Source: an uncultured Gammaproteobacteria bacterium
Lineage (GTDB): Bacteria > Pseudomonadota > Gammaproteobacteria > DRLM01
NCBI GenBank assembly: GCA_963729605.1
Contig: CAVSNY010000004.1
Location: forward strand, 96,001 to 160,000
Direction: 5' to 3'
Length of the DNA stretch: 64,000 nucleotides
Part shown: piece by piece, positions 21,045 to 31,581 of the stretch
Layout of the letters: each line of letters opens with the position of its first letter
Numbering within the stretch: the first letter of the stretch is position 1
Translations under genes and position numbers: made by a program
Notes under the pieces: model-generated
Database searches by the model: none
What the model was told of the DNA's origin: nothing
Seen by the model: only the letters and a program-made list of their open reading frames with translations

Positions 21045-21212
21045 AAGGTGGACTCATTGTTGCGCGATCCCCTGCAACGCGAACGTCTGGCGCGGGCGGG
21101 GCGTACCTATATGGAGCACTGGTCGGTACGGGCCTGCGTCAGGCGGATAGTGGAGTTGTATCAGGCGGTGGTGCAGGGCGAGTTCGATAAGGTCACCGCC
21201 GCCGGCACTTAA
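21045..21212 (+). pseudogene. Probable C-terminal relic of a GT4-type glycosyltransferase
   Basis: LLRDPLQRERLARAGRTYMEHWSVRACVRRIVELY resembles the terminal helices of GT-B glycosyltransferases; the rest of the gene is absent. Confidence 0.5.
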
Positions 21213-21224
21213 ACAGCGGGCCGT

Positions 21225-23531
21225 TCAGCGGCCTTTGCGCTTTTTATCGCGATCTCCACCGGAGGTCTTGCGTGCCGCCGCGCTCGGCATGCGCGGCAGC
21301 CCGGTGTGCTGGGTCATGAATTTCCGGGTCGGGTCTTTTCCCGCCGCGCCGCGCGTCTGTTTCACCGCCGCGCCGGTGCCGGCCGGCTGCCAGCTCGGTA
21401 TCAGATGATGTTTGCCGTTGCCGATGAGGTCGGCGCGGCCCATGCGTTTCAGCGCCTCGCGCAGCAGTGGCCAGTTCTCGGCGTCGTGGTAACGCAGAAA
21501 GGCCTTGTGCAGGCGGCGCACCTTGAGTCCCTTGGGGATGTTCATCTCGTCGCTGGCGCGGGTGACCTTGCGCAGCGGATTCTTGCCCGAGTGGTACATC
21601 GCGGTGGCGGTGGCCATCGGCGAGGGCAGGAAGGTCTGCACCTGATCGGCGCGGAAGCCGTTGCGCTTCAGCCACAGCGCGAGGTTCAGCATGTCTTCAT
21701 CGGTCGTGCCCGGGTGGGCGGCGATGAAGTAGGGGATGAGATATTGTTCCTTGCCGGCCTCTTTCGAATATTTGTCGAACAGCTCCTTGAATTTGTCGTA
21801 GGCGCCCATGCCGGGTTTCATCATCTTCGACAGCGGGCCCTGCTCGGTGTGTTCGGGCGCGATCTTCAAATAGCCGCCGACGTGATGCTGCACCAGCTCT
21901 TTCACATATTCGGGCGAGCGGATCGCCAAGTCATAACGCAGCCCGGAGGCGACCAATATTTTCTTGATGCCGGGCAGGGCGCGGGCGCGCTGATAGAGCT
22001 TGATCAGCGGCGTGTGATCGGTGTTGAGATTGGAGCAGATGTCCGGATATACGCAGGACGGCAAGCGGCAGGCGGATTCGATTTCCGGACTCTTGCAGCG
22101 CAGGCGATACATATTGGCCGTGGGGCCGCCGACGTCGGAGATCACGCCGGTAAAGCCGGGCACGCCGTCGCGGATCGCTTCGATCTCGCGGATCACCGAG
22201 TCTTCCGAGCGGCTTTGGATGATGCGGCCCTCGTGTTCGGTGATCGAACAGAAGGTGCAGCCGCCGAAACAGCCGCGCATGATGTTCACCGAGAAACGGA
22301 TCATTTCATAGGCGGGGATGTTGGCGTCGCCGTAGCTCGGGTGCGGCCGCCGCGTGTAGGGCAGATCGAACACGCCGTCCATCTCCTTGGTGGTGAGCGG
22401 GATGGGCGGCGGATTGATCCACACCTCGCGCTCGCCGTGGCGCTGCACCAGCGCGCGGGCGTTGCCGGGATTGGTCTCGAGGTGCAGCACCCGCGAGGCG
22501 TGGGCATACAGTACCGGATCCTCCTTCACCGCCTCGAATGACGGCATGCGGATCACGCTGCGCTCGCGGTCGTGTTTGGGCAGGCGGCGGTGGAAGCGGA
22601 GGACTTTTATCTCGCCGTGCGAGTTCGATGGGCTGTTCGGCGGGGTGCGCGCGGCCTCGCCTGCGTCCGGCTTTCCCGCCAAAAGAGGAAGGGTTGGGGA
22701 CGCCTTGTCGCGTAGTGCCGCGGATTGCGTGCTGTCGCCGCCGTTTGTTTCGCAGGCCGCGGCGCTCGGCGCGCTCATCGCGTAGGGATCGACAGGTTGC
22801 TCGATGCGCCCCGGCGTGTCGATCTCGCTGGAATCGATTTCCACCCAGTCCTCGGGCAGACCGTCGCGCCGCACGTAGGCGGTGCCGCGGATGTCGGTAA
22901 TCTTCGCGATGGCTTCGCCCGCCGCGAGGCGGTGCGCGATCTCGACGATCTGCCGTTCGGCGTTGCCGTAGACCAGCAGGTCGGCCTTCGAATCCAGCAG
23001 CACCGAGCGGCGCACGGTGTCGGACCAGTAATCGTAATGGGCGATGCGGCGGAGACTCGCCTCGATGCCGCCGATGATGATCGGCACGTCTTTGTAGGCC
23101 TCGCGCGCGCGTTGTGCGTAGACCGTCACCGCGCGGTCCGGGCGTTTGCCCGCCGCGCCGTGCGGGGTGTAGGCGTCGTTCGAGCGGATTTTGCGGTCCG
23201 AGGTGTAGCGGTTGACCATGGAATCCATGTTGCCGGCGGTGACGCCGAAGAACAGGTTGGGCCGGCCGAGCTTCATGAAATCGGCCGCCGACGTCCAGTC
23301 CGGCTGGGCGAGCATGCCGACCCGGAAACCCTGCGCCTCCAGCATCCGTCCGATCACCGCCATGCCGAAGCTCGGGTGATCGACGTAGGCGTCGCCGCTG
23401 ACGATGATGATGTCGCAGCTGTCCCAGCCGAGCGCCTCCATCTCCTCCCGCGACATGGGCAGATACGGCGCGGTGCCGAAGCGCTGGGCCCAGTATTTAC
23501 GATAGGAGAAGAGGTTGGGAGCGCTGTGCAT
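21225..23531 (-). CDS. ygiQ: YgiQ family radical SAM protein
   Basis: Motifs [22 protein letters not shown] and [10 protein letters not shown] (CxxxCxxC). Probable start is the ATG at 23531. Confidence 0.92.
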   Translation of the reverse strand: MHSAPNLFSYRKYWAQRFGTAPYLPMSREEMEALGWDSCDIIIVSGDAYVDHPSFGMAVIGRMLEAQGFRVGMLAQPDWTSAADFMKLGRPNLFFGVTAGNMDSMVNRYTSDRKIRSNDAYTPHGAAGKRPDRAVTVYAQRAREAYKDVPIIIGGIEASLRRIAHYDYWSDTVRRSVLLDSKADLLVYGNAERQIVEIAHRLAAGEAIAKITDIRGTAYVRRDGLPEDWVEIDSSEIDTPGRIEQPVDPYAMSAPSAAACETNGGDSTQSAALRDKASPTLPLLAGKPDAGEAARTPPNSPSNSHGEIKVLRFHRRLPKHDRERSVIRMPSFEAVKEDPVLYAHASRVLHLETNPGNARALVQRHGEREVWINPPPIPLTTKEMDGVFDLPYTRRPHPSYGDANIPAYEMIRFSVNIMRGCFGGCTFCSITEHEGRIIQSRSEDSVIREIEAIRDGVPGFTGVISDVGGPTANMYRLRCKSPEIESACRLPSCVYPDICSNLNTDHTPLIKLYQRARALPGIKKILVASGLRYDLAIRSPEYVKELVQHHVGGYLKIAPEHTEQGPLSKMMKPGMGAYDKFKELFDKYSKEAGKEQYLIPYFIAAHPGTTDEDMLNLALWLKRNGFRADQVQTFLPSPMATATAMYHSGKNPLRKVTRASDEMNIPKGLKVRRLHKAFLRYHDAENWPLLREALKRMGRADLIGNGKHHLIPSWQPAGTGAAVKQTRGAAGKDPTRKFMTQHTGLPRMPSAAARKTSGGDRDKKRKGR

Positions 23532-23712
23532 AATGCGATCGTGACGGCTGGAGTGATGGCTGCGCGAGATAGGGTCGTAGGCCGTATCTGTCGGGCCGCG
23601 ATTATAACACCATTCCATGCTCGGGTATTCAGCACCCGCCGAGGGAGCCGCCGTGGGGATTCGTTCAGCGGCCGCCTGCGATCATGAGTCGGGTGTGCGG
23701 AGGCCGCCGGCC

Positions 23713-23740
23713 AAAAAAGAAAGGGGCTTGCGCCCCTTTC
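23713..23740 (-). terminator. Rho-independent terminator of the 23768-24721 gene
   Basis: GAAAGGGGC-ttgc-GCCCCTTTC stem with an adjacent A6 run (U-tract on the minus strand). Confidence 0.75.
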
Positions 23741-23767
23741 CGGTTGATAACGAGTTGTCTCGTTGGT

Positions 23768-24721
23768 TTATAGCGACGGCGCCGGACCGAATTCGGCCGC
23801 TTCCGCGCCTTCGAGCCAGTCTTGAAAGCCGCCGAGCGTGCCGCCGGTATCGGGCACGGGGAGACCGGAAACCAGTTGGCTGGCGGAGCCGTTAACTTGC
23901 AGCATCGAGAACGTGGCGCTGCCATCGTTGATACCGGGGGTGGCGACATTCTGGCCGATCCAGAACACATTCACCGAGCCGCCGGGACTCCAGCTTACCG
24001 GATTGCCGATGTCGAAAGGATCGTCGATGTTGGTGGGATCATCCGTGGTGCTACCCCAGATGCCAGTGCCGGTGAGCAGATTGCCGGAATGACCGCGGAA
24101 CAGAAATACCTGCCGCTCGGTGTCGCTGCCGGCCGTCAGGGTGACGTCTTGACCGATCACGATGCGGCGGCCAAGTTGCTCGCCGGTGACCGGGTCGTTG
24201 TTGCCTTGGAAATTAAAGGTGGTTTCGAAGGCCCCATTGGGATTGCCGGCGGTGTCGGTGGTAATGATGCTGGAACTGATCACGACATTGGCATCGCCGG
24301 GGCCCTGGGCCCAGCCGGTGCGCACCTCGGCGTCGGAAGTGAACACCGTGCCGCTGTTGGCCGCATTGTCGGAGATGTGTTGTTTCCCCATGAAACCCGG
24401 TTCAGAGGTATTGTTGGAAGATTGGCTGAAATTCATCCGCACGAAGTTTTCATCGTAGAAGGCCAGGCCGGCCTTGGGGCCGTTGGCATCCACGTCGGTC
24501 ACCACGCTCTTGATGTAAATCTGGCCATCGGTGCCGGTGATTTGCGCCTGGGTAAAGCCATCGCTGTCCACCAGGATTTGGCAGCTCACGGCATTGGTGA
24601 TGTTCGTGCAGGGATCGATCGCGCCGTTGCTGACCGACCATTCGTCGAATTGCGGTTGCGCCACGGCCAGACTCGGCAGCAACGGCGCGCCCATCAATAG
24701 AAATAGTTTGATTTTCCCCAT
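23768..24721 (-). CDS. Secreted hypothetical protein (acidic, beta-rich)
   Basis: Signal peptide ending AVA-Q, an N-terminal Cys pair, an RBS (AAGGAG) and its own terminator. Confidence 0.75.
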   Translation of the reverse strand: MGKIKLFLLMGAPLLPSLAVAQPQFDEWSVSNGAIDPCTNITNAVSCQILVDSDGFTQAQITGTDGQIYIKSVVTDVDANGPKAGLAFYDENFVRMNFSQSSNNTSEPGFMGKQHISDNAANSGTVFTSDAEVRTGWAQGPGDANVVISSSIITTDTAGNPNGAFETTFNFQGNNDPVTGEQLGRRIVIGQDVTLTAGSDTERQVFLFRGHSGNLLTGTGIWGSTTDDPTNIDDPFDIGNPVSWSPGGSVNVFWIGQNVATPGINDGSATFSMLQVNGSASQLVSGLPVPDTGGTLGGFQDWLEGAEAAEFGPAPSL

Positions 24722-25106
24722 AGTGCTGACTCCTTAATTCTTTGTTTCTTTGTCGCTCTTGACGATAAATGGCATCTGTCTCGGGCGTTTTCCGCGCAAA
24801 CCGAATCATCTATTTCAGACGTATTTCAGCCACCCGACGCGGAAGATTTTCCCTGGGCGTAAGGAGACCGCAAAGTGACCATGAAGTCAAGCGCATTCAT
24901 GCCCGCCAAGCGCCGCGCCGCGTGGCTTGACAAGCGCCGCGGCGGCTGGGCACCATGCCGCCTCTCCGCGCAGCGGAACCGCTGGACGATGCCGTGCGGC
25001 GCTTGACAAAAATATGAATGGTATCTCTTCATGACGGGCCGCCCGGGATCGCGTGAATAGGCGCCGCTCCGGTGCGCTGGTACTGCTTAAACCGTGATGA
25101 AGTTTA

Positions 25107-26006
25107 ATGAATTATTTTCAGCGGATCTCGACGGCGGTAATTTGTGGCGCGGGATGCTTCATCCAGGCCGCCCACGCGGAACAGACCGCGCCCGCGCGTT
25201 GGCGGGTCTCCCCTCTGCTGGGCGTCCATGCCCCCGCATTGAACTTGCTCAATAGCGGGGTGATGCGGGCTCCCATTGGCGGCACGGCGGATTTCATCGG
25301 ATCTACCGGCGCCAATGAGACCACCGAGTTCCGTTTTAACAATACCTTGCCGGCGATCGACGGCGGAGGTTACGCCGGTATCGAATTCGAATGGAAAATG
25401 GACGATTATCTTTCCTGGCTAGTGGGGTTCGGCACCTGGGAAGGCTCATCCTTCGGTACCCAGGGCGGTCTGATGCCCTTCCAGCGCCAACTCACCCAGG
25501 TGCTGGAGAACCGTTCCGTCCGGGTTTCCTATAACGAGCTGCGGTTTGGCGTCAAATATATTTTGGCCGATAAACCGCGCCGTTATCGTTTCTATTCATT
25601 GCTCTCCTTGAATAATATATTCGATATGGATTACCGCGAGGACCATGTATTGCGTTTCATCACCGGACCGGCGGAAGGTTTCAGCCGTACGGTGATCGTG
25701 CAGGCGGCGTCCACCGGGGTAGTGGCGTTGCAGGCGGGGCTGGGGCTGGACTTTCCTATCGGCGAGCGTTTTTCGCTGGGTGTGGAGGGCAGCTATCTGC
25801 TGGGTGCCCGGCCCTTTTATTTTAAAAACCCTGAAATCACCACCGATTTACGGGACAATGACGGGGTGATTTCCATGCGTTTGCCGGTTGCGCCCGATGC
25901 GCAGCGCCGTTTGCGTTATCTCGCCGCCGATGGTTCCGCTTATCACGACATGCCTTTGGAATGGGACGGCTGGAAGCTGTTGCTGCGCGCCAGTATGTAT
26001 TATTGA
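25107..26006 (+). CDS. Putative outer-membrane beta-barrel protein
   Basis: Signal peptide (AAHA-E), alternating amphipathic strands (GLGLDF, FSLGVEGSY) and an aromatic C-terminus. Confidence 0.65.
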   Translation: MNYFQRISTAVICGAGCFIQAAHAEQTAPARWRVSPLLGVHAPALNLLNSGVMRAPIGGTADFIGSTGANETTEFRFNNTLPAIDGGGYAGIEFEWKMDDYLSWLVGFGTWEGSSFGTQGGLMPFQRQLTQVLENRSVRVSYNELRFGVKYILADKPRRYRFYSLLSLNNIFDMDYREDHVLRFITGPAEGFSRTVIVQAASTGVVALQAGLGLDFPIGERFSLGVEGSYLLGARPFYFKNPEITTDLRDNDGVISMRLPVAPDAQRRLRYLAADGSAYHDMPLEWDGWKLLLRASMYY

Positions 26007-26147
26007 GCGGGCGATTCGCGGTGAAGCGACGGCCGCGATTAAAAGATTAAGATTGGCATGGCCCGCCGCGTCAGCGATTTTCCCGGCCGGCAAGAGGCCA
26101 TGAAAATCTTGCCGTGGAGAAAAGCGCGCATGCGCGCCTGGTCGGGT

Positions 26148-26303
26148 TAAAGGGCCTCTGATTTATTCAGAGGCTCCCGCGGCACAGGGATGCGCCGTCC
26201 TGTTCAATGGCGGTTGGCCGTTGAACATGAAGGAAAGCGAAATCACCTTTTTCGCTTTCCATGCGCTGAGCATTCCAGGATGGAATTATTCAGAGCTTCC
26301 TTA
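26148..26303. mobile_element. MITE-like element with imperfect terminal inverted repeats and internal hairpins
   Basis: TAAAGGGCCTCTGATTTATTC matches the reverse complement of GAATTATTCAGAGCTTCCTTA at 15/21. Internal stems lie at 26201-26227 and 26232-26260. Confidence 0.45.
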
Positions 26304-26350
26304 TAATAAAGATCGGCCACTGTAAGCAGCTTGTTGATGTATCACGACAC

Positions 26351-28942
26351 ATGATGGTCCTCTACCGTCGTAGTTCGACTGGCGGCACACGCCGGTCTTG
26401 CCGCGCCGTTTGGCTGCGCGGCGTCGTGATATGGGCGCTGATATCGGCCGGCGTCTGCGCCGCCGCGCCGGCCTGGGCCGCCGGGACGGCCGCCTTCCTG
26501 GAATTGGAGAATCGCGAGCTGAGTATCGGCGAGTTGTTGCAGCGCGGCCGCGCCGCGTCGGCGGCGGACGAACTCGCCCGGGCGGGCGCCTATTTCGAGG
26601 CGGTGTTGGCGCGGGACCCGGCCAATGCCGAGGCGTATTTCCGGCTGGGCATCGTGCAAGTGCGCGTCGGCCGTTATGAAGAGGGCGTGCGTCATATCGA
26701 ACGCAGCGTGAGCCTGGCGCCCGATAATATGAGCGTGCGTTTTTCACTGGCGGCCTTATATGAAAAAGGCGGTGAGACGGACAAGGCCGAGCAGATCTTT
26801 CAAACCATCGTGCAATCGGGATCGGATGAAGATCGCCGTAAGGCACAAGAGGCGCTCGCCCGTTTGCAGGCCGCCGCCGCGGCGCGCGCCGCGGCCGTCA
26901 CTGAAACGCGCGATGAACAATTAGAGCAAGAAGTACAAACCTCGGCCCGCCGTTTGCGCGAGGCCGCCGACTCGGCCGCGAAACAGGCGCTGATTCAAGC
27001 GGCCTTGCTGCGGGCGACCCAGTTGCAGCAACAGTCACGGTTCCGTTATGCCGCCGAATTGTTGGAGGCCGTGTTGACGGAGGCGCCCGAGCACGTGGCG
27101 GCCTTGACCAATCTCGGTATTCTTTATGATCTGATGGGTCAGCGCGACAAGGGCGAGCAATTCTTGCGGCGGGCGGCGGATATCTCGCCGGACAATGCGC
27201 TGATTCTCGCCAATCTCGGCAAGCTCTATCTGGACGGCGGTAAGCTGGTGCTGGCGCGCCGGACCTTGGAAGCCGTGGTGAAGCTCGATCAGGAACCGGC
27301 CGCCACCCGGCAGGCGCGCCAGATGCTGGCGGGCCTGTACATCAGCGAGGGCAACAAATCGCTGAAGCTCGGCAAGATCGGCGACGCGGTGAATTCCTAT
27401 CGGGCCGTCTTGACCCACGACCCGGACAACGTGGAGATTTTATACAACCTCGGTTTGGTCGAGCGGCGGCGCGGACAGCGGGACGCGGCGCTGGCCTATT
27501 TCGAACAAGCCCGCCGGGCCGCGCCCGAGGATTACCGCGTTCACTACCAACTGGCCTTGTTGTATGAAGACCTCGATCGTTTCGAAGACGCGGCCGGCGC
27601 CTATAATAAAACTCTGGCTACGCTCAAGGCCGATTCGGAGATCACGCCGCGGGGGCTGGAATTGAAGCTGTCCATGCTCACCGCGCGGCGCACCTTTGAG
27701 CAGGGCGATCTGAAAACCGCCGAGCAATTGCTGAAGAACCTCATCGACCGTTACGCCGACAACGATCTCGCCTATTTTTATCTCGCCTTGATCTACGAGC
27801 GCACCGGCCGTCTCGATGAGGCGGTATCCGCCTATGAAAAAGTCATCGCCCTCACGCCCGGCCATATGGGCGCCCGGCTCAATCTGGGCCGGCTCTACGA
27901 ACAAACCTGGTCCGAGGAGGAGGCGCTCGCCCAATACAACATCGTCACCCGTTCACGTTTGAGCAGCGGCGTGGTGCAGGAGGCGGAACGGCGCACCATG
28001 TCGGTGGCCAAGATCCTCCACGGTTGGAGTTACACCCTCAGCCAGGCCCTGACCTTCGACGACAACGTGAATTTCAGCGCGGAGTCGCCGGCCCACGATT
28101 ATCGCTCGGATTTCGCGCTGGGACTGACTTATCAATACAAATTCCGCCCCGATCTGCGGTTGCGCACCAACTTCGGCTCGCAATACTCCGCGTACGTCAT
28201 CGGCGGTTATGACCTGTTCAATCTGGCGATCAGTCCGGCGCTGACCTTCGGCACCGGCAATCGCGGCGTGGAGGCGGGTTACAGTTACAATTCTCTCACC
28301 ACGTTTCTCGACGACAGCGACATCAGTTCCGGCAACAGCCTTTACCTGGAGGCGCGCGCGCCGTTGAACGCGCCGGGCTTCGTCAGCGCACGGGATTCGC
28401 GCGCGCCGTTCAAACAAACCTGGATGCTGCGCGGGCGTTTGAATACCCGATGGTATGAATCTGCCGCCAATCCATTTTTGAATTCGACGAATTACGGCGC
28501 GCAGTTGTTTCTCAACGTCAAACCCTCGCGCTCCAACGCATTGACGCTGGGGTACGGCTACGCCGTCAATGAGAATGAAAAAACCGCGGGCAGTGATTAT
28601 GCTTATAGCAGTCACAGCCTGAACGCGGGTTGGGAGCAAAACATCGTCGGCCGTTTATCGGGGAGCCTTCGTTACACTGTCACGTTGTTCAATTACACCC
28701 ATCCCGATTCGATTTCGCGCCGTGGAGAACATCGCCGCAATCTGCTCAACTCCGGATCCTTGGCCCTCAATTACGCCTACCAACGCAATGTGCGTTTCTT
28801 CGCGGGATTTTCCGTCGCTTATAACCAATCCAATCTGCCGGTGGGAAGAGTGCTGCGGGGACTGGACGTGCTGGAGCAGAGCAGTTCCTTGGGTGACTAT
28901 ATCAACCGTTCGCTGAACGCGGGGGTGGTTTTGAGTTTTTAG
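26351..28942 (+). CDS. TPR-repeat protein with C-terminal outer-membrane beta-barrel (Slam/DUF560-like architecture)
   Basis: Many TPRs (AYFRLG, ALTNLG, LYNLG, AYFYLA), then a DDNVN motif and beta-strands ending in Phe (GVVLSF). Confidence 0.75.
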   Translation: MMVLYRRSSTGGTRRSCRAVWLRGVVIWALISAGVCAAAPAWAAGTAAFLELENRELSIGELLQRGRAASAADELARAGAYFEAVLARDPANAEAYFRLGIVQVRVGRYEEGVRHIERSVSLAPDNMSVRFSLAALYEKGGETDKAEQIFQTIVQSGSDEDRRKAQEALARLQAAAAARAAAVTETRDEQLEQEVQTSARRLREAADSAAKQALIQAALLRATQLQQQSRFRYAAELLEAVLTEAPEHVAALTNLGILYDLMGQRDKGEQFLRRAADISPDNALILANLGKLYLDGGKLVLARRTLEAVVKLDQEPAATRQARQMLAGLYISEGNKSLKLGKIGDAVNSYRAVLTHDPDNVEILYNLGLVERRRGQRDAALAYFEQARRAAPEDYRVHYQLALLYEDLDRFEDAAGAYNKTLATLKADSEITPRGLELKLSMLTARRTFEQGDLKTAEQLLKNLIDRYADNDLAYFYLALIYERTGRLDEAVSAYEKVIALTPGHMGARLNLGRLYEQTWSEEEALAQYNIVTRSRLSSGVVQEAERRTMSVAKILHGWSYTLSQALTFDDNVNFSAESPAHDYRSDFALGLTYQYKFRPDLRLRTNFGSQYSAYVIGGYDLFNLAISPALTFGTGNRGVEAGYSYNSLTTFLDDSDISSGNSLYLEARAPLNAPGFVSARDSRAPFKQTWMLRGRLNTRWYESAANPFLNSTNYGAQLFLNVKPSRSNALTLGYGYAVNENEKTAGSDYAYSSHSLNAGWEQNIVGRLSGSLRYTVTLFNYTHPDSISRRGEHRRNLLNSGSLALNYAYQRNVRFFAGFSVAYNQSNLPVGRVLRGLDVLEQSSSLGDYINRSLNAGVVLSF

Positions 28943-29096
28943 AAACTATCGCAGATCGACCGTGAAAATATTCGGGGGATGCGATCGCGGCAAGCCGGCG
29001 TCGCGACATGGACCGGTCAGGCTAATTTCAGTAAAGTGGGCTGCGCCCGCATGCGGCGGGTGAGCGGCGGTATGAGTACGGTTCGGGAGAGCGAGA

Positions 29097-31445
29097 GTGG
29101 GAATGGTTGAGGACGTGCGGCGTTGGTGGGCCGGGGTCGGGAGGCTCGCGGTCCTCATCGGTCTGCTGGCGGCATGTGGGTGGAACACTGCGCGCGCCGC
29201 GGAGCAAACGGACGCCGTGCCTTTGCAGCAGGCGATCGCCGCCTTGGAGCGTATCGAACAAGGTTTGGCCGCGGGTATCTCCGCCGAACAGACCTTGCAT
29301 GCCTGGGCCAAACAGCTGTTGATGACCAAGGCGACCGGGTTGCAGTGCGTCGCGCAAACCGGGCGTGCCTTGGCGGAGGCGGAACAAGAGTTGGCGAGTC
29401 TCGGTGCGCCGGTGGCGGCCGAAGGCGGCGAGTTGGCGCGTAAACGCCAGGACTTGGAACGGGAGAAACTCGATCTGGAGCAGCGGCTCGCGCAGTGCCG
29501 CTTAATCGTGTTGCGCAGCGACGACGGCCAGCAATCGCTGGCTACCCGCCAGCGCGTCCTCTTCACTGAACGCTTGTTGCTGCGCGGGCCGGATTTCGGC
29601 GCGGTGATCGACGACAATTTGCGCCAGCCCGTGGAGTGGAGCAACGCGTCTTTACTCGCGCGCACGGGCGTGGAGTCGATTTCCGCCTGGGCCTGGGGCG
29701 GATTGCTGGTCTTGGTTTTGGCGGCCGGCCGTTTAGGCCTGGGATTGCGCGGCGGCTTGCGGCGCTGGGCGTCGGCGCGCGGCTGGGACCACGACTTCAA
29801 CGCCCGTTTCAATCATGCCCTGGTGCTCACCGCCGGGCATTTCGCCCCGCGTTTATTGCTCAGCGCCGCGGCGGCGGGATTTTTTTATAGTCAATTGGGG
29901 TCGCTGCGGCCGGTGCCGTTGCTGGCGGTGATCGCTTACGGATTGCCGCTCTATTTCGCGGCGTGGGCGCTGGTGCGTTTGCTGTTCTCGCCGCCGCGGC
30001 CGGCGGTCTTGGTGTTGAACATGCCGGAAGACGTGGCCCATGCCCTCGCGCGGCGCTTGAACGTTTTATTCTGGCTGGTGTTCGCCGGCTATTTGTTGTT
30101 CTCCAGCGTGCTCGGCCCCCGTTTGCCGGAGTCCGCTTTATTGTTGGCGCGCGGCGTATTCGCCTCCTTGGTGGTGCTCAATCTAATTTGGGCCTTGTGG
30201 CTGATCGGCCGTATTCCGGCCTTTGCCCACACCTTGTGGGTGCGCGCGGTGCTGTGGGTGGCGCTGGTCGCCGGATTGGCGGCGGAGCTGGCCGGTTATC
30301 GCGAGTTATCCGTCATGATTTGGCGGATCGTCATTGGTACGGCGGCGGCGTTCGGCCTGTTCTCTCTGTTGAAACGGGTGTTCCGCGAGTTGTTCAATGC
30401 CGTCGATGCCGGTCGCGGCGCCTGGCAGCAAGCACTGCGCAGATTTTTCGCTATCGAGCCGGGCAAAAAAGTGCCGGGTTTGATCTGGCTGCGCATGACG
30501 GTGGGCCTGGTTTTGTGGTTTTTATTCGGTGTCGCCGTGTTATGGGTGTGGGGCTTGCAGGGTACGCTCGGTCTGCAACTCTACGAATATCTGGTGCAAG
30601 GTTTCAAGGTCGGCTCGCTCACCGTGGTCCCGGCGCGGGTAGCCGTGGCCTTGGCGGTGTTCGTTCTGCTGTTCGCCGTCAGCGGCTGGCTGCGGGCGCG
30701 GGCCGAAAAATACTGGTTGGTCGACGCGCCGGTGGATCGCGGCGCGCGCGAGGCCCTGGTCTCCATCACCGGTTACGTCGGTGTCGCCGTCGCCATCCTG
30801 GTGGCGCTCGGGGTCGCCGGCGTGGAGTTCAGCAATCTCGCCATCATCGCCGGCGCGCTGTCGGTGGGCATCGGTTTCGGTCTGCAAAACATCGTCAGCA
30901 ATTTCGTGTCGGGCTTGATCCTGCTGTTTGAACGGCCGATCAAGAGCGGCGACTGGATCGTGGTGGGCGGCACCGAGGGCTACGTGCGGCGCATCCGCAT
31001 GCGCTCCACCCAGATCCAGACCTTCGACAACGCCGACGTGATCGTGCCCAATTCCGAATTGATCACCGGCCAGGTCACCAACTGGATGTTGCAGGATACC
31101 GGCGGCCGGATCCGGGTGCCGATCGGCGTGGCCTACGGCAGCGACACCGCGCTGGTCAAGGAAACCCTGCTCGACATCGCGCGCCGGCACCCGCGGGTGA
31201 TCAACGATGAAGCGGGCCGCGAACCCAAGGTGCTGTTCCTGGCCTTCGCCGACAACGCGCTGCAATTCGAGCTGCGCTGTTATATCCGGCATATCAATCA
31301 GAGCGCGGATGTGAGAAGCGAAATCAATTTCGCCATCGAAGCCGCTTTCCGCGGCCAGGGCATCGAAATTCCCTTTCCGCAGCGCGAGGTGCACATCAAG
31401 AATTGGCCGTCGGACGGCCCGTCGCGGCGCGGGGACGAGGCGTGA
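29097..31445 (+). CDS. Mechanosensitive channel, MscS/MscK family
   Basis: Motifs GALSVGIGFGLQNIVSNFVSG, FERPIKSGD, VPNSEL and GIEIPFPQREV, preceded by multiple TM helices. Confidence 0.92.
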   Translation: MGMVEDVRRWWAGVGRLAVLIGLLAACGWNTARAAEQTDAVPLQQAIAALERIEQGLAAGISAEQTLHAWAKQLLMTKATGLQCVAQTGRALAEAEQELASLGAPVAAEGGELARKRQDLEREKLDLEQRLAQCRLIVLRSDDGQQSLATRQRVLFTERLLLRGPDFGAVIDDNLRQPVEWSNASLLARTGVESISAWAWGGLLVLVLAAGRLGLGLRGGLRRWASARGWDHDFNARFNHALVLTAGHFAPRLLLSAAAAGFFYSQLGSLRPVPLLAVIAYGLPLYFAAWALVRLLFSPPRPAVLVLNMPEDVAHALARRLNVLFWLVFAGYLLFSSVLGPRLPESALLLARGVFASLVVLNLIWALWLIGRIPAFAHTLWVRAVLWVALVAGLAAELAGYRELSVMIWRIVIGTAAAFGLFSLLKRVFRELFNAVDAGRGAWQQALRRFFAIEPGKKVPGLIWLRMTVGLVLWFLFGVAVLWVWGLQGTLGLQLYEYLVQGFKVGSLTVVPARVAVALAVFVLLFAVSGWLRARAEKYWLVDAPVDRGAREALVSITGYVGVAVAILVALGVAGVEFSNLAIIAGALSVGIGFGLQNIVSNFVSGLILLFERPIKSGDWIVVGGTEGYVRRIRMRSTQIQTFDNADVIVPNSELITGQVTNWMLQDTGGRIRVPIGVAYGSDTALVKETLLDIARRHPRVINDEAGREPKVLFLAFADNALQFELRCYIRHINQSADVRSEINFAIEAAFRGQGIEIPFPQREVHIKNWPSDGPSRRGDEA

Positions 31446-31581
31446 ACGGGCGCCCGGCGCAGGAGACTAACACGACGCCTTCTTCCCGCGAGACCGGGCG
31501 GCACCGTCGCCGGTAAAATCACCGGCGCGTTTCGGCTTGATACCGAATTTTTTGTAGTGATGCCGTGCGAGCAAGGACGGG

